A stretch of 64,000 nt of DNA from Eledone cirrhosa (Eukaryota), in assembly GCA_964016885.1 (NCBI GenBank), contig OZ024745.1, forward strand, positions 23,188,001 through 23,252,000, written 5' to 3'. Each line of letters begins with the position of its first letter. The first letter of the stretch is position 1. Below are positions 12,817 to 27,988 of this stretch, piece by piece. Position numbers and translations under genes: made by a program. The notes below the pieces were generated by a model. It made no database searches. It was not told where the DNA came from and saw nothing but the letters and a program-made list of their open reading frames with translations.

Positions 12817-12932
12817 AATAAATTGATCATGACAGCGATATTTGAGCAGCAAACATAAAAATATTACTAATATGTGATTCAGCAGTTTCGTTTGATTTTT
12901 GGGGGTTCAATCTGAGTCAGAGAACTAACTCC

Positions 12933-13041
<109 letters not shown>

Positions 13042-13250
13042 GGAACGATCGACTTTCGTCAAATCGGACCGAGGGAACAATGTTTCCGTTGGTCTTTCCA
13101 ATTGCTAATACTATCTATCGGTCGCAACTCCAGGTAGAAGGAGCAACGTGAAATAAAGTGTCTTGCTCAAGGACATAACGCATCTCCTGGTCCAGGAATC
13201 GAACTCACAACCTTACGATTGCGAATCCAATTCTCTAACCACTCAGCCAA
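13042..13250 (-). mobile_element. tRNA-derived SINE family B (related copies at 420..574 +, about 18372..18460 -, 38345..38541 -, 46243..46355 -)
   Basis: Minus strand TGGCTGAGTGGTTAG (A box)...GAGTTCGATTCCT (B box)...GTCCTTGAGCAAGACACTTTATTTCACGTTGCTCC. About 150 bp is shared in reverse complement with 420..574. Confidence 0.8.
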
Positions 13251-13839
13251 TTCTCTAACCACTCAGTGGTGATGGTGGTGGTGGTGCTGGGGGTGATGGT
13301 GGTGATGGTCGTGTGATTTATGAGGTGTTGGTAATGATGATGATGGTGGTCGTGTGATGGAAGTCTAGGAGGTGGTGGTGTTGGTGATGCCGGCGATGAT
13401 GGCTGTCGTTGAAATCATAAATGACGGTATTACGTCGGGAGTTTAAAAACAATGCAGTCCACCACCTAATTGATACCCACTACCACCACCACTACTACCA
13501 CCACCACAACTACCACCACCACAACTACCACCACCACCACTATTACTACTACCACCACTACTACTACTACCACTACTACCACCACCACTACTACCACCAC
13601 TACTACCACCACCACCACAACTACCACCACCACCACTATTACTACTACCACCACTACTACTACCACCACCACTACCACCACTACTACTACCACCACCACT
13701 ACCACCACTACTACTACTACCACCACAACTACCACCCCCTTCATACCCACCACCACCACCATACCAATCTATTAAAGAGAGCAGCAATACGGTGCGAAGG
13801 TATTGAGTAATGCTGACCCACACACACATATATACACAC

Positions 13840-13886
<47 letters not shown>

Positions 13887-14075
13887 CATACATGTATATA
13901 CACACATACGTATGTATGTGAGTAACATGTATTGACATAATATATAACAATGTTTAGCGTGTATATATATATATAAAGGTGAATTACATAGAAACAGGAC
14001 TTACAGGTTCTATACAGAAGAAATATATAGAAATAAATATACAGACATTCATATAAACATACATTATTATACACA

Positions 14076-14121
<46 letters not shown>

Positions 14122-14246
14122 GTGTGTGTGTGCGTGTATGTAAGTATGTATGTATATACACATACTCATAAATACTCGCAGTACTTTCATACACACGTAC
14201 ACACTCTCTTCCTCTCTTTCGCTCTCTATATATACATACACTGTAT

Positions 14247-14324
<78 letters not shown>

Positions 14325-14405
14325 GTTATTCCGGGTTGAATCGGAGGTAACATGATTTCTAAAGAATGAAACAGTTCTAGTCCTGTAGAATCTCATCTAT
14401 ATTAA

Positions 14406-14459
<54 letters not shown>

Positions 14460-14950
14460 TTGTGTGTGTGTGTGTATATTCCCTCTGATAGTTTGTAAAA
14501 TTTTTACATAGATCTATATGATATACATACCAACACACACATATATATCCTAGAAACGATCGTAAAATGATGAATTTTTTTATATAAGGAACTGTTTCTT
14601 TGTTTTTATTAATTTATATATATATATATACACACACATATGTATATATATATGTGTATGTATATATATATATGTATGTATATATATACATACATACATT
14701 GTATGTATATATGTATATACACACATATTTGTGTGCGCGTGTGTTTTCGTATTTCCTTACTGAGTTCTCGAGTACAAATATGGAAACCCGTATGATCCTC
14801 AATAAATATGTATAAACTAGAACACAGTCGTGCTTTTCAATACATGTTTGAAAGAAAAGCTCACCACTATATGTATATATATATATATATATATATCAAC
14901 GGCAGAGCTCAAGCCGTTTCGACGGCTATTTCTGAACTACATTAGTAGTA

Positions 14951-15012
<62 letters not shown>

Positions 15013-15044
15013 AAATATACATATATATATATATATATATATAA

Positions 15045-15095
<51 letters not shown>

Positions 15096-15099
15096 TATG

Positions 15100-15278
<179 letters not shown>

Positions 15279-15601
15279 TTTATATATATATATATATATA
15301 TGTATATTTTTATATATATATATATATGTGTATATTTATATATATATATATTTATACATTCGCACATACAAAATATGTGGTGAGAGAGGGAAGAAAGAGA
15401 GATAAGAGACATCGTAAAATAACCGCCAACGTCATCAGCAGCAGCAACGGTAAGCCACCAGCATCACCAGCAGCAGTAGCAGCAGTAGTAGCAGTAGTAG
15501 CAGTAGTAGTGGTAGTAGTGGCAGCAGTCACTGGCTGGCACTATTAGCGACAAGCAAATCGACTTTTATAGTACTGCGTTCCTTTAACACTGACGGCCAA
15601 A

Positions 15602-15655
<54 letters not shown>

Positions 15656-15671
15656 GTCGGAGAAATAATTG

Positions 15672-15766
15672 TTTCTACTATTGGCACAAGGCCAGAAAAT
15701 TACCCAGTACATTACTGGTACTTTATTTTATCGACCCCGTAAGGATGAAAGGCAAAGTTAACCTCG
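15672..15766 (-). mobile_element. SINE family A, 3' half
   Basis: ggcacaaggccag...ggtactttattttatcgaccccgtaaggatgaaaggcaaagttaacctcgg. Confidence 0.8.
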
Positions 15767-15796
15767 GGAGAAATAATGTTATATACACACACACAC

Positions 15797-15861
<65 letters not shown>

Positions 15862-15943
15862 AGACGTATTCATAATCAAATACAAATATATACATACATG
15901 CATACATACAGGTATTCACTCATTCTAAGTTGTATAAAGTTTG

Positions 15944-15981
<38 letters not shown>

Positions 15982-16007
15982 ATATATATACATAACTATA
16001 TACATAC

Positions 16008-16071
<64 letters not shown>

Positions 16072-16260
16072 TTGTATGTGTATATATATATATAGATATA
16101 TATATATAGTTATGTATGTGTGTATATATATATATATATCTACACACATACATAACTATATATATATATGTATATATATATATACACATAAATAACTATA
16201 TATATATAATATACATACGTATATATATATATATATGAGTATGTATATTATATATATAGT

Positions 16261-16309
<49 letters not shown>

Positions 16310-16760
16310 ATAACTATATATATATATAGTTATGTATGTGTATATATATATAGACACGTACTGCGTTCGTCACAAGCCTCTTTGCCTCGCTTTCTCCAGT
16401 TTCATGTGTCTCAACCCCCCTCCCATCACCACTCCCCGTAACCCCCTCCACACACACACACATACATACATTTACACACACATTACACCCTCCACCCCCG
16501 TAAATGAACCTACCCCCTCCCCCTACACTTTCACACCCGGTTCACCTCCACATACGCCCTGCTCCTACCACATCTCTTAACAGCTCTCCTCCTACCACCA
16601 TATCTCTTAACACTGTTGTTGTTGTTATTCGTAGTTTTCTCTCCGAGTTGATGACGCCCTTAGTTAGAGTGCCAACATCATCAGCATCAACAACAGCATC
16701 ATTACTATAACCAACCTCAGTGCCATCATCGTTATCATCACTATTATCATCATTATAAAG

Positions 16761-17141
16761 GGCGGTGGATTGGCAGTATCGGTAGAGGGTCGGACGCCAC
16801 GCTTTCCACCATAGTTACGGCCCTTTACGGGCTGAGTTCAAATCCCGCCGAGGTTAACTTCGCCTTTCATCCTTACGGGGTCGATAAAATAAAGTACCAG
16901 TAATACGCTGGTATAATTGCTGGCCTTGTGCCCAAAGTAGAAACAATTATTATTATGTGTCACGATTGACAGTATCGGTAGAGAGTCGGACGCCATGCTC
17001 GGACAGCAAAGAGTCACGGCCCTTTACGGTCTGAGTTCAGATCCCGCCGAGGTTAACTTTGCCTTTCATCCTTACGGGGTCGATAAAATAAAGTACCAGT
17101 AATACACTGGATAATTGCTGGCCTTGTGCCAAAAGTAGAAA
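16761..17141 (+). mobile_element. Two tandem SINE family A copies (16761..16943, 16964..17141)
   Basis: A and B boxes, core and ggccttgtgcc tail present twice. Confidence 0.85.
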
Positions 17142-17276
17142 CAGTTATCATTATCACCATTATTGAGAAAGAGCAGGTTGTGCATGTAAAAAAAGAAAAA
17201 AACAGAAATAACAAAGCAAACGACACAGTACATTGAAGAAATATATTAGTTTAACGCTTGAAATAATAGAAAAAGA

Positions 17277-17320
17277 GTCTTAACGTTTCAGACACAAGTC
17301 CTTCATCAGAAAATAAAGAC
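17277..17320 (-). ncRNA. Minimal type-I hammerhead ribozyme motif (Penelope-like element type)
   Basis: Minus strand gtctttatttt-CTGATGA-a-GGAC-ttgt-GTCT-GAAAC-GTT-aagac: intact core, stem II, palindromic AACGTT in place of helix III, and stem I pairing. Confidence 0.6.
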
Positions 17321-17551
17321 ATTGACTAGATTAGTTGACTATATGTACGTTTGTATGCATATATATCGCTTGCATTTCTGTGGGCTTTGTTAAATAATGA
17401 AACCATTGGTAGCTGATGATGTAATATTGTGTGTACGATATATTTGTGTGTTCATTGGACAGGCTAGCCCTGAGACTATGGCTACACAAGGGTTTGAACT
17501 CGGGACATTCGTTCTCTATCTAACGTATTTGCTATTTATCTCTCTGTATAT

Positions 17552-17592
<41 letters not shown>

Positions 17593-17638
17593 GTGTGTAT
17601 CTAACAATAGTTTTGATTATTGGGCTAACTTTAACGTC

Positions 17639-17692
<54 letters not shown>

Positions 17693-18606
17693 TATATGTG
17701 TGTGTATGTATGTATGTATGTATGTATGTATGTATATATACACACGCGATTCTGTCTGTTTGTCTGCTAGACTGCCTGTCTAGCCTTCCTTCCTTTTCTA
17801 TGCATCCGTCCGTTCGATCCCACATCTCTGCCCTTCCGGTTTCCTTCCTGTCTGCCTGACTGCCTGTACGCCTGTTAGTCCATCCGCCTGTATAACCCAA
17901 CCACCCGCTACTTTTTCCGATGTGCCCCTCCTCCCTCTCTCACACGCACACATAGCTGCGTGTTTGAAAGGTTTTCTATTAGTGTATGGACGTGTGTATG
18001 GACGTGTGTGTGTATGTGTGTGTGTATGGACGTGTGTGTGTGTGGATGTGTGCTCAGCTCATCGAGTCCATCTTTCTAAATGATAATAATAATAATAACA
18101 TTTATTATTATTATTATTTTTAGGCCTGAAGGATGTTGTTGTTGTTGGACTTCGGTCAGTTTCGACGGTGAATACTCCAGTTGATTCGGTCAATGGAACA
18201 GCCTGGTCGTGAAATAAACGTGAAAGAGGATGAGTATTCCATAGGAAAAAAGTGTACTTTTCACTTAGATCTCAGGGAGATTCAACGTGACGCAGTGTAT
18301 GACTCCGCGGACCCTTTGAATTTACAAGTATATTTCCAATAATACTAAAATTTTACCAGTTTAATAAACTAGTGCAACGTGAAACAAAACAACTTGCTCA
18401 AGAACACGACACACCACCGGGAAATCAAACTCATAACCATACACACCGAACCACAAGGCCGTGTGATGTCACATGTAGGAAGAAGAGGCAGTGTCAACGA
18501 CCTTCACAGCATTTCAAACACCGGAGAGACACCGGTGCTGTTAATGTGTTGAAACTTTTTAAATGTCAATTTATTGTAAAAAGAGATAATCCTGAGATGG
18601 GTGGTG

Positions 18607-18710
18607 GGGACCATGTTGTGGTCAAGAGAGACCCAGTGGTGGTGGTTGTAGGGTGATGGGGACCATGTTGTGGTCAAGAGAGACCCAGTGGTGGTGGTTG
18701 TAGGGTGATG
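18607..18710. repeat. 52-bp tandem duplication
   Basis: gggaccatgttgtggtcaagagagacccagtggtggtggttgtagggtgatg twice. Confidence 0.9.
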
Positions 18711-18814
18711 GTCAGTGAACAGGCTTGACCGTAGCAATACATGTATTAATAATATATACACTCAACTTGCTTTAAAGTATCGTGTAAATATTTAGTTGAA
18801 TAATGGTTAACTAG

Positions 18815-18867
<53 letters not shown>

Positions 18868-19052
18868 TAAAAGGAAAAGAAAATGCTGACAAATTGTTCC
18901 CAGTGAAAACTAGTTTAATTAGGAATAAGTAAAAATTAGTAATAAGTATTGGTTAGTATTCAGTTTGGGTTTTAAGTTGTTACCGGTTGCGCATTTCTAA
19001 TGCTTTTCAAAAATAATTTTGAGATAGAGCGCCCGTCATGTTTGCTCTAATC

Positions 19053-19092
<40 letters not shown>

Positions 19093-19202
19093 TATGTATG
19101 TATGTATGTATATATATATGTGTGTGTGTAGATTCCCCGAGTTGTGTCGGGGGGTAACCATAGTATAAAGATTCTAAATATATAGAAGTCATTTATATAT
19201 AT

Positions 19203-19343
19203 ATAACGAAGGAAGTGTGGTAAGGAACCAGATGGACCATAACGCACCAGAGTACTCAATACTTAGGGTAGTAGAGTGAGTAATAGGAAAATAGTCAGGA
19301 CCCCGACGGCAGAGCTCAAGTCGTTTCGGCGGCTATTTCTGGA

Positions 19344-19394
<51 letters not shown>

Positions 19395-19531
19395 CGAAGG
19401 AAGTGTGGTAAGGAACCAGATGGACCATAACGCACCAGAGTACTCAATACTTAGGGTAGTAGAGTGGGTAATAGGAAAATAGTCAGGACCCCGACGGCAG
19501 AGCTCAAGTCGTTTCGGCGGCTATTTCTGGA

Positions 19532-19534
<3 letters not shown>
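19203..19534 (+). mobile_element. Two tandem copies of a 144-bp (TA)n-embedded element, family C (others: 20603..20738 -, 32307..32447 +, fragments 14899..14937 and 30527..30554)
   Basis: ataacgaaggaagtgtggtaaggaaccagatggaccataacgcacc...cggctatttctggactc. All copies lie in or next to TA repeats. Confidence 0.8.
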
Positions 19535-19579
<45 letters not shown>

Positions 19580-19681
19580 ATGGGCATTGCAGATAGAAAA
19601 TATCACGTGATCCTCCACACCAACCTCTACGTTATGTGTCTGTCTGTCTGCTATCTGCCTATCTATTCAACAGAGTGACAC

Positions 19682-19759
<78 letters not shown>

Positions 19760-19864
19760 CGTACGTATTTACGTATACACAGCTAAGTAAAACGCACTCA
19801 CATAATTGCGTGTGCATATCTGTATATTGCATATTATCTAAGTGTGTGTATATGTAAATGTATG

Positions 19865-19901
<37 letters not shown>

Positions 19902-20372
19902 ACATATGTATTCATGCATATATATATATATATGTATGTATGCACATACACCTATATCCATATACACATACACATACATAGACATAGACATCTTGCTTAC
20001 GGCAGAACTGCACACACGCATTACAGCTGTCTGTGCTGAAAAGTTTCTGTCAGTCGACAAGGCAAGTTCAGTTTTTCTCTTAAAGGGAATTATTACTACA
20101 AGAGTGACACACAACAGTTTTTATACCTCACACCATCCCTCCTTCATTGCACCACAGGAAAACCACCACCATTCTTCTCTATGCATTTCTTTCTTTCTCT
20201 CGCTCACCCTCTCTCTATTTTTCAGTCTATATAATTTTTCACTCCATCTCGCTCTATTCATCGTCACACATAGAAAAATAGTGTGTGTTTATGTACGTGT
20301 ACGTACGTATTTATTACACACTCACACATATACACACATACAAAGACACACAAACACACACACATATATATT

Positions 20373-20403
<31 letters not shown>

Positions 20404-20463
20404 CCACCTAATATGACTTTACTTTTTGCATCCCTGTACTGCCGGGTACTAATATTCATCGTT

Positions 20464-20547
<84 letters not shown>

Positions 20548-20734
20548 AACCAGTAAGACCCCGACAGCTGAGCTCAAGCCGTTTCGACGGCTAATTCTGG
20601 ACTGAATTAGCCGTCGAAACGGCTTGAGCTCAGCTGTCGGGGTCTTACTGGTTCCTATTACCCACTCTACTACCTCAAGTATTGAGTACTTTGGTGCGTT
20701 ATGGTCCACCTGGTTCCTTACCACACTTCCTTCG

Positions 20735-20776
<42 letters not shown>

Positions 20777-20821
20777 AAAGTTTGTCCTGTAACCCATTTG
20801 CAACTCCGCAGCGCCCTTATT

Positions 20822-20883
<62 letters not shown>

Positions 20884-21650
20884 AACGATGAATATTAGTA
20901 CCCGGGGGTTAAGCTCTTGGTGTTTCGAAAGGGCAAACCTCAGCCACCAACCACTTACACTCTACTTTCCCAATTTCTGAGTACTTAACTGAATAATGAC
21001 TTTACTATTGTAAACTCCATATATATATAGTAGTAGTAGTAGTAACCGGCGTTGCCCGGGAAAAAGATGACTCAGTGGACAATATACTGTGAAATCACAG
21101 AAACTCTTTAAAACGATACCCACATATAACCAGACACAAGTCAAAAATATACCCGAAAGATCTTATTCAATTTTATTGTTATTATGTGTTTCGTTTGGAA
21201 AGTAAAACATCACTGCACCTCAGTACCTTTAAATATGGAAAGACCATAGTTAGAATATCCGTGGCTAGGCTCCACTCTTTACAAATGATCTCGAACACAT
21301 CCTAAACATAGCTAGAACTGTATCTAATAATTCAAACTCTAACAACTTGACCCTCACCAATCAATATTCAGGTAAAAAAACTCAGGAATAGAATAGTGTG
21401 TCCCCGCTCCACTTACAGACAGCCTTGACCACACCCAGAAAGAAGCCACCCTGTTGTAAAGTCACTGACAGATGCACTCTACGGTCCCCGACCCAGCCGT
21501 CTAATTGTTTTAAACTCCCTCATAGACCCACTATGCAGCCTGAAGCTGACATCTGTATCATTAATACAATGGCTTCTCCTCCTTGTACCTGGCTCACCTC
21601 ATGCTATCTTTACTCAACCCCGTTTCACTTGTTTGTCATCCTCTCAATAC

Positions 21651-21817
21651 CAGGCCCGTCTTAACGCATGGGCACGCTGGGCAGTTGCCCGGGGGCCCCA
21701 AGAGGATAGGAGGCCCATTTGTATTTTTATTCCTGTGAGTGGTTGTGCAGGTAGGGGCCCAGGGCTCTGCTTTGCCAGGTGGGGGGGGGGGGGTATAATG
21801 CTGTTAAGACGTCCCTG
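21651..21817. mobile_element. hAT-like MITE
   Basis: TIRs CAGGCCCGTCTTAAC / GTTAAGACGTCCCTG with internal GGGGCCCC motifs. No intact 8-bp TSD seen. Confidence 0.6.
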
Positions 21818-22093
21818 CACCCTGTATATATATTATCTTCCACTGCCCAGTCAGGCCTTAAACTCACCACTATGCAGAAAGAATATACAATAAAAACTGA
21901 TTCTGAAGATGGTCATCAGAACGACCGAAAGAGTGTTATCTTTGGATCTCTTATTTACTCATATATGTATCTCTATATACCTAGATACATATCCGTCCGT
22001 GCACACAAACATAGAATCACGCACATATGCATATATATACATGTATATATATATATATACAATTCAAGACACAACGTATCTTGTGTGGTTACC

Positions 22094-22140
<47 letters not shown>

Positions 22141-22315
22141 CCAGGTCATGGTACAAGATGTGTCTCTATGTGTATTGTGTATACGTATGTATATATATAT
22201 GTGTTACACACATCTGTTTATTATAATCAAAGAACATATAGAAACGTTTCAAACGAAAAATATAAACAAACACGACCCCCCCCCCCCCCCCCCCCCTCAC
22301 ACACACACACACACG

Positions 22316-22353
<38 letters not shown>

Positions 22354-22789
22354 ACCACATATTTACGTGTATACACATACGGTATTTTTACAAACACGCA
22401 AACAGACTTAAATCCCACACACGAAGTGTCTCATATATACATAAACACATACACACACACGCGGAGACACTCAAAATAAACAAGCGACTTCGTGATATTG
22501 ATACGGATGGGTAAATAAACCCATACATGTACACACCTGTGTGTTTGTGTCAATACATGTGGTATATGAAGAGGAGATTTGATGGCTATAATGCAGTATC
22601 GGATTAACCTGGTAACAAGACTAGCATTTGAAACGGTCTCCGCACCCTCACCGCGACCCCGCCACCACTAAATAATTCCTAATATAGGACTATATTGCTT
22701 TCGTATCATATTCTTTTGTCTAGATATTTAGGGCCCTTTTATAGTTCATACTACAGACCCTCACTAACCCAACCCGGTACTATACATAA

Positions 22790-22892
22790 TAATCCCGCCG
22801 AGGTTAACCTTGCCTTTCAGCCATACGGGGTCGATAAAATAAAGTACCAGTAATGTACTGATAATTGCTGGCCTTGTGCCAACAGTAGAAAC
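22790..22892 (+). mobile_element. SINE family A, 5'-truncated
   Basis: aatcccgccgaggttaacc...ggccttgtgccaacagtagaaa. Confidence 0.8.
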
Positions 22893-22944
<52 letters not shown>

Positions 22945-22949
<5 letters not shown>

Positions 22950-23301
22950 GGGGCTCCCAAGGGAGCACTGAGTGCACTGTCAACTATGAATGTCGGTGAG
23001 CATGTCCAGCTAACCTCAGTCTCCTCTGTGTCAATTTTGAGCTGACTTTTGGGATGCTCCCATACAGCTCTGAGTTTTTATCCTCAACATTCTCGTGTAG
23101 CACCCATCCACCATCTGAGTGAGTTTCTTGGTCAGTGTCCCCTACATGGACACACTAGAAGAGGAAGACCAAGGTTAACGTATGTTGATGCCCTAAGGAC
23201 AGACACTGGTCTATTGGAGACGCAGGACATGGCAGCGATAATGAGGGACAGAGACCGCTGGAGAGAACTCGTCCATGGATCGCGGGAATTTTACCCGCCT
23301 T

Positions 23302-23303
<2 letters not shown>
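22945..23303 (+). mobile_element. RTE-clade LINE 3' fragment with 5' inversion, inserted in (TA)n
   Basis: Plus strand PLHGHTRRGRPRLTYVDALRTDTG...RDRDRWRELV. Minus strand of 22945..23140 gives the preceding TLTKKLTQMVDGCYTRMLR...RRLRLAGHAHRH...WEPLH (with indels). Both are typical RTE ORF2 C-terminal motifs. Confidence 0.8.
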
Positions 23304-23343
<40 letters not shown>

Positions 23344-23355
23344 ATATATATATAT

Positions 23356-23420
<65 letters not shown>

Positions 23421-23752
23421 TCGCGCATTCACACACACTAACACACACAAACTTTTATAAAGTTAGCGATAGGTAGATTCCTAGTATAGTAAACTAAAAT
23501 AGTCCATCTTTACCATTAAGATATATATATGTATATATATAATTAGCAATGTTAGGGATAAGGGTATATATGAGAGCATTTACAATATGTTTATATGCAA
23601 TAAACACATAAGAGCCTCACTATCAAAGAAAAAAAATTTCTTGATTACGAAAAACATATTTTTCTCTGCCACTTTTCTACAGGGAAGAAATAATCTCTCT
23701 ACACTACACTATTATTGAGTGTAACACTCACCATTATTGAGTGCATCACGTG

Positions 23753-23796
<44 letters not shown>

Positions 23797-23895
23797 TATA
23801 TATATATTATATATATATATATATATACACACGTGATTCTCTCTCTCTCTATAAATATATATATATATATATACACACGTGATTCTCTCTCTCTC

Positions 23896-23929
<34 letters not shown>

Positions 23930-24038
23930 ACATACACACGTGCATCTCTCGAGTATACATCGTAATTAACGAGTAGATACAGCAGATGGTGATCAAACAC
24001 ACACACTGTTAGGACTTATAGGTTTTGCACACGTGGCG

Positions 24039-24171
<133 letters not shown>

Positions 24172-25038
24172 TATATTTATATTTAATCCATATTTTCCAG
24201 GCTTGCTGTGATCTTTCAGTTCTCGCTTGAAGATCACAGTAGCGTGAAACTCAAGTCACGACGATTTTATATATATATATATACATATATATGTGTGTGT
24301 GTATTTATTAGTCCATTCGTTTTCTCTCTTCCTTTCGTTTACAGTCATCAAGGTCAAGGTCAGCCCGAATCAGTAATAGTAGTAGTGTCAGTATTAGTAG
24401 CTATTTTACAGATGAGAGAGAGTAATTTTGAGGTAGACGTGGCTACCACTTCTAACAAGTTTCTTTTAACATGTGTATGTGTATGTATATGTATGTATAT
24501 AATGTTTGTTTCGTGTCCTCTTGGACACAGTTGACCAGCCACCCTTAACACCGACGACCCCTCCTTCCAACTTTCATTTAATCATTCAGGCGTGAACTTA
24601 TCGTATGTTAAACCCTCAGTTCTTTACACTTCGGTTTTGAGTTCAAGCTACGCGGGGAGTAAAATATTTGTTCGGTTGTTGCTATTTTTTTTTCTTTTTT
24701 GATGCCTTTTATTTTGTTTTATTTGTTTCCCCTTTCATCTTTCTGTCGGGTGGTGAAAGGGTGAGGTGGACAACACTGTGGGTAGCCCCGCCAGACAGAC
24801 AGACAGCCTATAACTTCTTCAGACGACGTTTTAACGAAATTGCTATTAACTCAGCGACTTCCCAAAAGGGCGGTGTGCAGGTACTTGGCCAGCAGGGAGA
24901 AGGGGCTTGGGAGTGATTAGGGGGTCAATATTAGTCAGAGGAACCCGAAATGGCAGGGGGGTGTTAGGGTATAGTGTGTATATATATATCGAATAGTGTA
25001 TATCAGATGTATATACAAAATGAAGCATTAATATAAGA

Positions 25039-25662
25039 GTACCTTGTGTATATATACCAATAGTGTACCTTGTGTATATATACCATTAGTGTACCTTGTG
25101 TATATACCAATAATGTACCTTGTGTATATATACCAATAGTGTACCTTGTGTATATACCAATAGTGTACCTTGTGTATATACCAATAATGTACCTTGTGTA
25201 TATACCAATAGTGTACCTTGTGTATATATACCAATAGTGTACCTTGTGTATATATACCAATAGTGTACCTTGTGTATATATACCAATAATGTACCTTGTG
25301 TATATACCAATAGTGTACCTTGTGTATATATACCAATAGTGTACCTTGTGTATATATACCAATAGTGTACCTTGTGTATATATACCAATAATGTACCTTG
25401 TGTATATACCAATAGTGTACCTTGTGTATATATACCAATAGTGTACCTTGTGTATATATACCAATAGTGTACCTTGTGTATATATACCAATAATGTACCT
25501 TGTGTATATAGCTATAGTGTACCTTGTGTATATATACCAATAATGTACCTTGTGTATATACCAATAGTGTACCTTGTGTATATACCAAGTGTACCTTGTG
25601 TATATATACCAAGTGTACCTTGTGTATATATACCAAAAGTGTACCTTGTGTATATATACCAA
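25039..25662. repeat. 24/26-bp minisatellite, about 25 copies
   Basis: Unit gtaccttgtgtatata(ta)ccaata(g/a)t. Confidence 0.95.
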
Positions 25663-26185
25663 AGTAAGTACTAATATAATGGTTATCACAACACAACAGT
25701 TTACAAAAACAACAAAAGAACAATTTCGGCCTTCATGTTAGAATGGTGTTTGGGGGATTATATTCAGGTTAGAATGGTGTTTGGGGGAGCAATATTACTA
25801 GATGGCAATTTAAAATGGGGTGCAATTAAGGAAACCTAGAATTGTAAGGTGATTCTCAGAGAACAACCGTATAAACTCGTGTCTTTCCTGCCATCGTAGT
25901 CCAGCCGTTTTCTGTTTTGTTTTTTTCTGTTATTTGACCATGATGTGAGAAAGAAGCTGTTTTCTTACCTTCCATTGCTATATTTCTAATGAAACCTATT
26001 ACCTATGGTTTCGAAAACATTTTTTTTTATTAAAGAACTTATAAAGATTTAGTAATAGCAATCAACCTTCTTGATATTAAGCTCTTTGGAACATAACTTA
26101 TTATAAAGGAAGGTCTTTAAACAGTTTTCTATTGTTTTACAGTATATAGAATATATAGAACAGGACACAGTGGTATATAACACAT

Positions 26186-26264
<79 letters not shown>

Positions 26265-26424
26265 CATAATATAATATATATATATAAGCAGTTTAATCGG
26301 AAGCTCAATTCTGATACGATGTTTACAACTTAAGTTGATTCGTGCAAACGTTTTTAAACTTAGCACACTACACACACACATATTCCTTGGCCTTTTATCT
26401 ACGGATATCCTACATATACACATA

Positions 26425-26543
<119 letters not shown>

Positions 26544-27335
26544 GAGAGTGGGAGAGAGAGAGAAGAGTGGGGGTTGATCTCGAGTCCGAGGTTGGACATT
26601 TACAAAAACTAGTAGCTTCATATGTATTGTTAATAAAGGCACATATTCTGAACTGTTAGAAGTTGTATGTGTGTTTTGTCTTCATTTATCTTCAGTCTTG
26701 AATAAATCCGTAAACATCTGGAATGGTGGTTACTTCCGGTGTTTATATATTCCAGGTGCATGGGGGTAACTCCGGGCAGTCAGATAAGTAAGTAAGGTCC
26801 AATTTCGAAACAGAATGTAAGATCTGTTTACAGATCGAAGAGATTATATAATAGAGAATACGTGCCTTTGCCAACAAAATCTATGAAACTGGTAGTTTCT
26901 TGAATGTCCAACTAAACATCATATATGTATATAGATAGATAGATAGATAGAAATATATATACACCCACATCTATAGATAGAGAGATAGATACACAGCGGA
27001 GAATCTATCGATAGTCTGGGATTATATACAACTTATCATTACCCACGTGTTGCCATTTATATCATTGTGTAGTGTTCACTGAGTTATAATTTCTACAAAT
27101 CTTGTAATATCACTCACTGAGTGACTCAGAAACGGTCTTAAGAAAACGGAAAGGTTTCATATTGATGTTTTTATTGATTAGGCTCAGTTACGAACGTTTC
27201 ACAGATGGCTGGCTCAGGATCCATATTTGAGTTACAGAAACGACTGCAGCTTCAATCAGCTCAGAATTGTTAATCAAGTAAAACACACTCTGGCATGACA
27301 TAGGGTGCTAATATCACTACCATTCTCAATAAACC

Positions 27336-27417
<82 letters not shown>

Positions 27418-27421
<4 letters not shown>

Positions 27422-27582
27422 AAAATGGAACGGGAACAAAACAGAGAGGCAGTACAAACAAAGATTTACTAGTTTCACGCTCTTGAGAGTGAGAAGGGGG
27501 TGGAGAACGACGTTTCGGGCATAAGCCTTTCTTCATGCAAAAAGTGGGTGGGAAGAGAGTTCCGAAGGTGTGTAAGGGAGTA
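27418..27582 (-). mobile_element. (TA)n-embedded short element with degenerate hammerhead, related to about 17200..17320
   Basis: Minus strand aTGAAGA-aAGGC-ttat-GCCC-GAAAC-GTC. Shares tagttt(a/c)acgct with the 17.2-kb copy. Both flanks are (TA)n. Confidence 0.55.
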
Positions 27583-27792
27583 ATATATATATATATATAT
27601 ATATATATAGTAGATGTGTGCTCTATGAAGGGGGGACAACGGCCTGGATCCAGGCAGTTGTCCCTCCCTTCATAGAACACACATATAATTGAAACCCAAC
27701 ATTAACACACACATATATATATATATATCCAAACACAGCGATACATACAGAGAAACAGAAACATGCATCCAAGCAAGTACATACATGCACTA

Positions 27793-27867
<75 letters not shown>

Positions 27868-27881
27868 TATGTGTTTGCTTG

Positions 27882-27920
<39 letters not shown>

Positions 27921-27956
27921 AAGCAAACACACAGTCATTATGTACGTAAACAAACG

Positions 27957-27988
<32 letters not shown>

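Noticed and set aside
16761-16850. tRNA gene
   Set aside because: A and B boxes belong to the SINE head. No complete cloverleaf is evident.
25003-25723. 228-231 aa ORFs (YIHKVHYW repeats)
   Set aside because: Translations of a 24/26-bp minisatellite that is open in all three minus frames.
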